Below are positions 58,304-64,000 of a stretch of 64,000 nucleotides of DNA, one piece after another. Origin of the DNA: a virus (Duplodnaviria > Caudoviricetes); IMG/VR virus record IMGVR_UViG_3300020045_002296, positions 10,974 to 74,973 of that record; one strand, 5' to 3'. Below the pieces are notes generated by a model. That model was not told the origin of the DNA. It did not search any database and saw only the letters and a list, made by a program, of their open reading frames with translations. Position 1 is the stretch's first letter. The number at the start of each line of letters is the position of its first letter. Made by a program: the position numbers and the translations under genes.

Positions 58304-58651
58304 ATGCAAGTACGAACACAAGACGCTATTGCTTTTTATAAACATAAGCTTAAACAATATGAAGAACGTAGAACTACCTTAGACAAGCTTTATGAAATAG
58401 CTACACAGAAGTACGAAGATAAGTTCTTTAATAAATTGTTCAACTGGAAGTACAAGGATTCCTTTGCTGGAGATAAATCATGGTTATCGGGTAACTGGGA
58501 GTTCTGTGAGGTAGATTCGTATATTAACTCTGCTAAACATTATTTAGTTGCTTATACTTACCAAGAAAAATGTAAAATGTTCTTTGTAGAACTACAATCT
58601 CATGAGAACCAGTTTTATAATTGGGCTAATGAAAATAATATTCCATATTAA
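58304..58651 (+). CDS. Hypothetical protein
   Basis: AAAGGA RBS before ATG 58304. Confidence 0.55.
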   Translation: MQVRTQDAIAFYKHKLKQYEERRTTLDKLYEIATQKYEDKFFNKLFNWKYKDSFAGDKSWLSGNWEFCEVDSYINSAKHYLVAYTYQEKCKMFFVELQSHENQFYNWANENNIPY

Positions 58652-58667
58652 ATAAAGGATAAAGAAA

Positions 58668-59588
58668 ATGATTGAAGTACACAGTACAAACGGTATCTAC
58701 GCAAAGGTACTAGCAGATTCTCTAGCACCTAATGGTAAACGTTTGACCTCATTCGAGATTCAGTTACCGAAAGTGTTCCTCGCTGAGAACAACACGCACA
58801 AAGCCATATCAAAGAACTTCAGTAGTTCACGGGCTATTCCTGTTGGAAAGAACAATGAAGTACAGTCGTTTGAACCTCAGTACTACGGTGCTAACAAAGC
58901 TGGTATGCAATCGGAAGGTATTATTGAATACCCTGATAAAGCTAAAGAGGTTTGGTTTGATATCATCAGAGCTTGCAAAGAAGGTTCTCAAGCGCTTCAA
59001 GAGCTAGGATTGCACAAACAATGGTCTAACCGCCCGAACGACTGGCATACGATGGCTAAGGGCGTTACCTCTGGTACAGATTGGGATAACTTCTTGTGGC
59101 TGCGTAATGACGAAGATGCTCAACCTGAGTTTCAAGCTCTAGCTAGCTGTATCCAAGAGTGTTTTGATAAGTCAGTACCGCAGTTACTGCTGGCGGGTGA
59201 ATGGCATCTTCCGTATGTTGAAACATTCAGGGGTGCTAAAAGCAACCAGATGTATTATAGAGGTTCTGATGGGGAATTACTTACACTTGAAGAAGCTAAA
59301 GCCATTTCCGCTAGTTGTACAGCGCAGGTATCGTACAGACGTTTGAACGACTCTAAAGAGAAAGCCTTAGAAGTGTTCGGTAAATTGTTCTCGGGTAAGA
59401 AACCACACTTGTCTCCCACAGAACACTCAGGTACACCTATTAGTTCTGAGGTAGTTCCGTTTGATCCTAGTACATGGACGGAGGGTATTACACATGTACG
59501 AAAAGATGGTACGTTGTGTAGTGGTAACTTCGCTTCTTTTATTCAGTACCGACAGACGCTACCAAACAACGTGTTTGTGAAGGGTTAA
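58668..59588 (+). CDS. thyX: Flavin-dependent thymidylate synthase (ThyX/Thy1 family)
   Basis: AKVLADS..RLTSFE..THK..S.N.SSSRAIP..LHKQ..NR..AQPEFQALA..WHLPY..VSY..HLSPTEH. Confidence 0.8.
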   Translation: MIEVHSTNGIYAKVLADSLAPNGKRLTSFEIQLPKVFLAENNTHKAISKNFSSSRAIPVGKNNEVQSFEPQYYGANKAGMQSEGIIEYPDKAKEVWFDIIRACKEGSQALQELGLHKQWSNRPNDWHTMAKGVTSGTDWDNFLWLRNDEDAQPEFQALASCIQECFDKSVPQLLLAGEWHLPYVETFRGAKSNQMYYRGSDGELLTLEEAKAISASCTAQVSYRRLNDSKEKALEVFGKLFSGKKPHLSPTEHSGTPISSEVVPFDPSTWTEGITHVRKDGTLCSGNFASFIQYRQTLPNNVFVKG

Positions 59589-59682
59589 TTTTGGAATAAT
59601 CCTAGAGATTTCTTCGGAAGTTTCTAGGATTTCTGCAAACGGGATACACTATAGTCTTACTAACAAACACTCTAAGGAATTT

Positions 59683-59988
59683 ATGAAGTACTCCACACTG
59701 AACACCTTCCATGCTAATGGTAAAACCTACAAGCACGTAATCAACACAAAGACAGATACAACATACTTGTTGGATGCTGAAGATGACAAGAAGATTTACA
59801 CAGTGAGTTCTGATGGTTACATGTTTGATTGTTCAGAAGATGAGAACTTCATTGGTATCTTCCGAACGGAATACGGTAATAACAATAACTGGTATCTCGA
59901 TAATCGTAAAGGTGTTATCGAACGCCATAATTCTTGTGATCTGATCTACACAGAGTTGCAAGTGTTTAAAGGTTTGTCGGGTAAGTAA
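59683..59988 (+). CDS. Hypothetical protein
   Basis: AAGGA RBS. Confidence 0.55.
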   Translation: MKYSTLNTFHANGKTYKHVINTKTDTTYLLDAEDDKKIYTVSSDGYMFDCSEDENFIGIFRTEYGNNNNWYLDNRKGVIERHNSCDLIYTELQVFKGLSGK

Positions 59989-60095
59989 GACTACATTTTC
60001 TGGACAAAGATACTAAATTAGTATTTATGTGTAGTAAGATTATTGATTAATTTATATTATAAAGGGTACATCATGGCCGCTTAAAGGAGATTATT

Positions 60096-60494
60096 TTGAA
60101 CAAAACAGATTCTAAGTTGCTCACGGACTATAAGTTCATTTGTAAATTAGGTTATGATAACAAGGATTGCACCTTGCACTATGCACATGTATACAGCTAT
60201 ATGTTGTGTAAGTACACATGGTTTAACAGCCTAGGGCAAGACTACTTTGAATCACAAGAGAAGATTAGTGAAGCTTGTCTTATGTCCGTGAGTGCTGTGA
60301 AACTAGCGCAGAAGTACCTTATATCAAAAGACTTACTTGTTGTCTCTAAGAGAAAGACCTTAGCTTTCAACAAAAACGTGTATAAAGTTGTAGATTTGTA
60401 CAAAGCTTATGATAAACTACCTGCAAAGAAACCTAAACAAGTTAAGGCTAGTACTTTCGTAGAAGAATTAGATGATCCTTGGACTCCGTTTTAG
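60096..60494 (+). CDS. Winged helix-turn-helix protein (replication initiator-like)
   Basis: YFESQEKISEACLMSVSAVKLAQKYL...LLVVSKR pattern; AAAGGAG RBS, TTG start. Confidence 0.55.
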   Translation: MNKTDSKLLTDYKFICKLGYDNKDCTLHYAHVYSYMLCKYTWFNSLGQDYFESQEKISEACLMSVSAVKLAQKYLISKDLLVVSKRKTLAFNKNVYKVVDLYKAYDKLPAKKPKQVKASTFVEELDDPWTPF

Positions 60495-60503
60495 GTGTAC
60501 ACT

Positions 60504-60561
60504 TAGTCAACAGGTGACTTACTACTTAGTTACTATTTGTCTATGTACGTAGTCAACAGGT
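60504..60561 (+). repeat. Direct repeat TAGTCAACAGGT x2
   Basis: Copies at 60504-60515 and 60550-60561, each preceded by TGTAC; followed by an AT-rich tract. Confidence 0.8.
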
Positions 60562-60764
60562 AGCTACTAATACATTAAGAGATGAATACACTAAGAACAA
60601 TACTTTAAGAATAGTTATTTTATAATTCTTGTTATTTATCTTTACTTTGTGGTAAACTTCAACATGACCTAAACACAACGAAGTTAATTAATTCTTTTTG
60701 TGTAAGCTCTTTAGAGCACTAGACTAAGCTAGAGTTAGTCACTATTTAACCAACTGGAGAACCG

Positions 60765-61088
60765 ATGGGTGCCTTTGATTCTGAACTTTATGCTCTTGGC
60801 TTCCGCTTCAATAATGGAAGTACTACAACTAAACCAAAGAAACCAAGCAAGAAGGAAATCTGGTTAGAAAACTTACATACACCTAAGATGCCTTGTCCGG
60901 GAAGTTGTGGTGCAGCTTGTCCTAATCACTACTGTGAGGCCCATAACGGAAATCCTTACGAACCACAACCACCTAAAGTACTTTGGAGTATAATTAAGCA
61001 ACAGCGTAAAGACACAGAAGAAGTACTTCGTATCAAACAGAAGATTGCTAAACTAGAACTTAAACTGAAAGAACTAAATGAAAACTAA
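60765..61088 (+). CDS. Hypothetical protein with Cys/His cluster
   Basis: CPGSCGAACPNHYCEAH; GGAG RBS. Confidence 0.55.
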   Translation: MGAFDSELYALGFRFNNGSTTTKPKKPSKKEIWLENLHTPKMPCPGSCGAACPNHYCEAHNGNPYEPQPPKVLWSIIKQQRKDTEEVLRIKQKIAKLELKLKELNEN

Positions 61089-61448
61089 ACCAATTCCACA
61101 GCCCGGTGATACACTCATTGCTGCACTTGGAAACTACACCTGTTGTACTAAGGAATTCTTAAATGAAACATACGGTTTAGCCAAGGGCTATAATAGTGTT
61201 ATCTATGGATACCGTCCTAGTGATAACGCTTACGGGCATCTTTTATGTGCTATGAGGAAAATGATGAGTTACCAGTGTTCATCCCGTGCTTCAAGAACAA
61301 ACCTAAAGACAAAGTTGTATTTGCTCATGCACTCGAGAACAAAATCGTGTATGATGTACTGAAGGATTACGCTAATTTAAAACTGGTTTTCTGTGCAGAA
61401 ACTCAAGATTTGAAATCATCTACTGTGTATAATATTACTACTGAATGA
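61078..61448 (+). pseudogene. Hypothetical gene split by one frameshift
   Basis: Joins the 61078 and 61245 ORFs by adding one T at 61241-44. Confidence 0.5.
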
Positions 61449-61936
61449 ACTTGAGAGAAATAAAAATGACTGAAACAACTAAACTCACACCACACCCTTA
61501 CTCACAGGTACTTCAATGGGTAGCTGAAGGTAAAGCTGTCGAAGCTTACTCTGGTGGACAATGGATTCCTGCTGTAACAAGCGGCATCTTAAACGCAGCT
61601 AATCACTTTGGTCACGGTGAATACTATCAACCCGAGGACTTCCGCTTGAAACCACAACGCCATATTCACCAAGAGTTGATTGATGCTTATCGAGCTGGAG
61701 CAGAGATTCAGATTCGAGCGTTGTCCGAAGGTTCTTGGTATGATTGTGACCCCCAATGGGCTGAGAACCGCTTGTACCGTATCAAACCAGAACCTAAGCC
61801 TGATATTACAGAGTACATCACTAACACTATGACGTACGGGTGGAAGCAGGATTTTAAACATCACGTAGGTGCTGAAGTACTGAAAGTAATCCGCTGTGGT
61901 GAAACCCATAAGCTTAAATCCGTGGAGATTATCTAA
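61445..61936 (+). CDS. Phage protein with internal domain duplication
   Basis: Two copies of H....I..(W/Y)..G..(V/I)...W.....(F/Y)R(L/I)KP. Confidence 0.65.
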   Translation: MNLREIKMTETTKLTPHPYSQVLQWVAEGKAVEAYSGGQWIPAVTSGILNAANHFGHGEYYQPEDFRLKPQRHIHQELIDAYRAGAEIQIRALSEGSWYDCDPQWAENRLYRIKPEPKPDITEYITNTMTYGWKQDFKHHVGAEVLKVIRCGETHKLKSVEII

Positions 61937-62145
61937 TGATTGATCTGATGTTTACAAGCCCCTTCTATGACGACAAGTTCAAACTTGAGTACGCAAAGGG
62001 TGCAATTGATTTTAACCGCAGAGTAATTACTAACCTAAGAGCGCAAATTCTTAATCTAGAAGGTCTTGCAGAAAGCTGCGGTGTTTCTTCTGAGGATATT
62101 GAGGCTGTGCAGTTTAAGCACCTAAGAAAGACATATAATGATTGA
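61936..62145 (+). CDS. Hypothetical protein
   Basis: TAATG overlap. Confidence 0.5.
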   Translation: MIDLMFTSPFYDDKFKLEYAKGAIDFNRRVITNLRAQILNLEGLAESCGVSSEDIEAVQFKHLRKTYND

Positions 62146-62483
62146 AACAGAATTACTCTCACCAGAGCAGCCCAAGCTTTACGCTTATACATTCACTGTG
62201 TACAACAAAGCTTTCAATCCTAAGCTTGTAACTGCTTTAGCTACTTGCTGCTATTTCGCTAAGGAAAAACCTGAAAGAGCACTTCAAAGGTTCTGAATTG
62301 GTTTATGAGAATAAATCCGAGGTAGTCCTGAGTAATCAACAGGTACTTATTGTGGATGTACATGCTAATGAAGTGGCAGAGGTTGACCAAGAAATTAAAC
62401 CAGAAGATCAACCTAAAGAAGAAACCTGTGTTATACTCGATGTTTCAACAGATCAACCAACGAAAGAAACAAATGACAACTAG
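62138..62483 (+). pseudogene. Hypothetical gene with probable frameshifts
   Basis: ATG 62138 frame joins the acidic 62298 ORF with two single-base additions near 62286 and 62302. Confidence 0.35.
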
Positions 62484-62640
62484 GAACAATATACATAAAA
62501 CAAAGAGAACAACATGTAAAATCTACAAACAAGTGGAAAATGCACTAGTACGCGGATTGTCTAGCCTAGATGTTTTTACGAGGAAACAAGCAAAGCAGAT
62601 TATCAATTGGCAACGGAAACACCCTAATAGCAACTTCTAG
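62473..62640 (+). CDS. Small basic protein
   Basis: ATG overlapping the previous stop region. Confidence 0.4.
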   Translation: MTTRNNIHKTKRTTCKIYKQVENALVRGLSSLDVFTRKQAKQIINWQRKHPNSNF

Positions 62641-62681
62641 CTGATATGCTTTTAACATCAACAACTGAAAGAACTAACAAA

Positions 62682-62943
62682 ATGACTGAACTTAACTTTT
62701 CGAGAAGATAGAAAACTAAAGTCTTTACGTGATGAGATTAGTACTATGCTCTCAGAGTGTTCTCACGATGTATACAAGAAAGTAACTATCACAGATTCTT
62801 ACCGTTTGAGTAACAGGGCTACTAACTACGAAGAAGTATGTATACTGTGCGGGAGTACTAAGGAACATGTACTAAAACGTAAACTACTGGAGCTAAAAGC
62901 ACTAACAACACTTACCGAAGAACAATTGAAGGAAATCAAATGA
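62682..62943 (+). pseudogene. Hypothetical Cys-containing protein with N-terminal frameshifts
   Basis: CSH...CILCG in the 62746 ORF; upstream part is out of frame at short T/A runs. Confidence 0.35.
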
Positions 62944-63236
62944 CTGTACAAAAGAAAATCAACACAAAAGAACTTACCCGGTTGGTAGCTAACCACATCG
63001 ACTACAACCTCTACGAGGTCAGCGATGTACTGAAAGGACTTTCTGATGTAATCCAAGAACAACTGCGCCAAGGAAACTCGGTTAAGCTGCAAGGACTCGG
63101 TACTTTCCATCCAAAGCCTAACCTAAGTAAGAACTACCGTTTACCTACAGGTGAACTGTTTAAGTCCGAAGGTTCTATGGGTGTAAGGTTTGCACCAGAC
63201 GCTTTTCTGATTAAGAATTTGAATACGAAAGGATAG
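62940..63236 (+). CDS. HU/IHF-like histone-like DNA-binding protein
   Basis: INTKEL...L.QG.SVKLQGLGTF.......R.P.TGE.F.......V.F.P. Confidence 0.85.
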   Translation: MTVQKKINTKELTRLVANHIDYNLYEVSDVLKGLSDVIQEQLRQGNSVKLQGLGTFHPKPNLSKNYRLPTGELFKSEGSMGVRFAPDAFLIKNLNTKG

Positions 63237-63237
63237 T

Positions 63238-63630
63238 ATGGATAAGTACATTCCAGAAATCGGTGAGAAGTTCAAAGTAAAGGGTGAAGGTGTTATTTAT
63301 ACCCGTTGTGATGAAGCAACACTGAAAGAACTCTTTGGCTTTACTGCAGAGGTTAAAGACTCTGAAGAAAATATCTTTTACCTAGTAGAGAATCCAAGAT
63401 CACTATATAAATTTAACTGGTGGTTCTTCACAAAAGAAGAGCGTGAGTTTGAACGTGTACAAGATTATGTACCTAAGCCCCCACTAGGTATCATGCCTTT
63501 ACGAGTACACAACGCTACACGATTGCAAGCTCTCTTGGATACGCTCCAGCGGTACTCCGAGGCACAGAAGCCTGCATTACCTGAGTGGATTGCAGAAGTA
63601 AAAGACCTCATTGAGTATGAACGCAGCTAA
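63238..63630 (+). CDS. Hypothetical protein
   Basis: AAAGGA RBS; C-terminal KPPLGIMP...R...L...I.RY motif. Confidence 0.6.
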   Translation: MDKYIPEIGEKFKVKGEGVIYTRCDEATLKELFGFTAEVKDSEENIFYLVENPRSLYKFNWWFFTKEEREFERVQDYVPKPPLGIMPLRVHNATRLQALLDTLQRYSEAQKPALPEWIAEVKDLIEYERS

Positions 63631-63758
63631 CCCGTGAAGCACTGGATAAAGTGCCGTTTAAACTCTAATTGAAATAATCTTGTAGAATTCTCAAAAGGTT
63701 TTCGGGATTTCCTCAGAAACATGTTAGAATAACTTCATTACTTAAATAGGACACTAAA

Positions 63759-64000
63759 ATGACAACAGAACTTACGCCTATGCAAACAGAGCTGCTTAAA
63801 CGCTCAGATGCTATTATGGATTCTTTGGGTAAAACCATCAGTACAGCGGTTGATTTCTCTAAGGAACAAATCCCCGATGTTGCTTATCAGTATATTGTGT
63901 ACCAACGTGCTACATCCGCTATCTTTTTGTTGATTGCTATCTGTATCATTGGTCTTAGTGTTTACTTGTGGAAGAATGCAAGGTCTTCAAAACTTGACAA
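63759..64000 (+). CDS. Membrane-anchored hypothetical protein, partial (runs off window)
   Basis: AGGA RBS; MTTELTPMQTELLKR...EQIPDVAYQY..TM segment. Confidence 0.55.
   Translation, partial: MTTELTPMQTELLKRSDAIMDSLGKTISTAVDFSKEQIPDVAYQYIVYQRATSAIFLLIAICIIGLSVYLWKNARSSKLD

Noticed and set aside
1002-63630. Genome-wide stop-codon reassignment
   Set aside because: TAG, TAA and TGA all end well-supported genes (for example portal, primase and HU end in TAG), and the standard code gives dense intact ORFs
1-64000. Lysogeny module, reverse-transcriptase/retron or DGR system
   Set aside because: No integrase, CI/Cro pair, YxDD reverse transcriptase or template/variable repeat pair was recognised in this window

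Overview
A 64 kb segment of an AT-rich, probably lytic, long-tailed dsDNA phage (siphovirus-like). No integrase or repressor is seen in the window. The host is possibly a betaproteobacterium, a weak inference from the tail-tip genes. Left to right: small genes and a tRNA/structured-RNA region (0.5-4.2 kb); packaging and head genes (TerS?, intron-split TerL, portal, XkdF-like protease with an apparent ATC start, scaffold, decoration protein, lambda gpE-like capsid); neck and tail genes (tail tube, tail chaperone pair joined by a +1 frameshift, 2076-aa tape measure); a lysis block with a GH19 endolysin; and a replication/nucleotide-metabolism arm (ATP-dependent ligase, T7 gp4-like primase-helicase, DenV, family A polymerase, SSB, exonuclease, endonuclease VII, phosphoesterase, MazG-like protein, class II RNR, Nudix, macrodomain, ThyX, HU). 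It is heavily invaded by selfish elements: three ORF-less group I introns at catalytic motifs (TerL, PolA, NrdJ), one LAGLIDADG intein in PolA, and about ten free-standing HNH/GIY-YIG endonuclease genes, several frameshifted at simple repeats. The least explained features are the non-coding structured region with distorted tRNA-like elements, a duplicated leader element at about 0.9 kb and 17.9 kb, and a roughly 55-aa module fused to four unrelated proteins. Functional calls come from motif recognition by eye; no database searches or folding programs were run.
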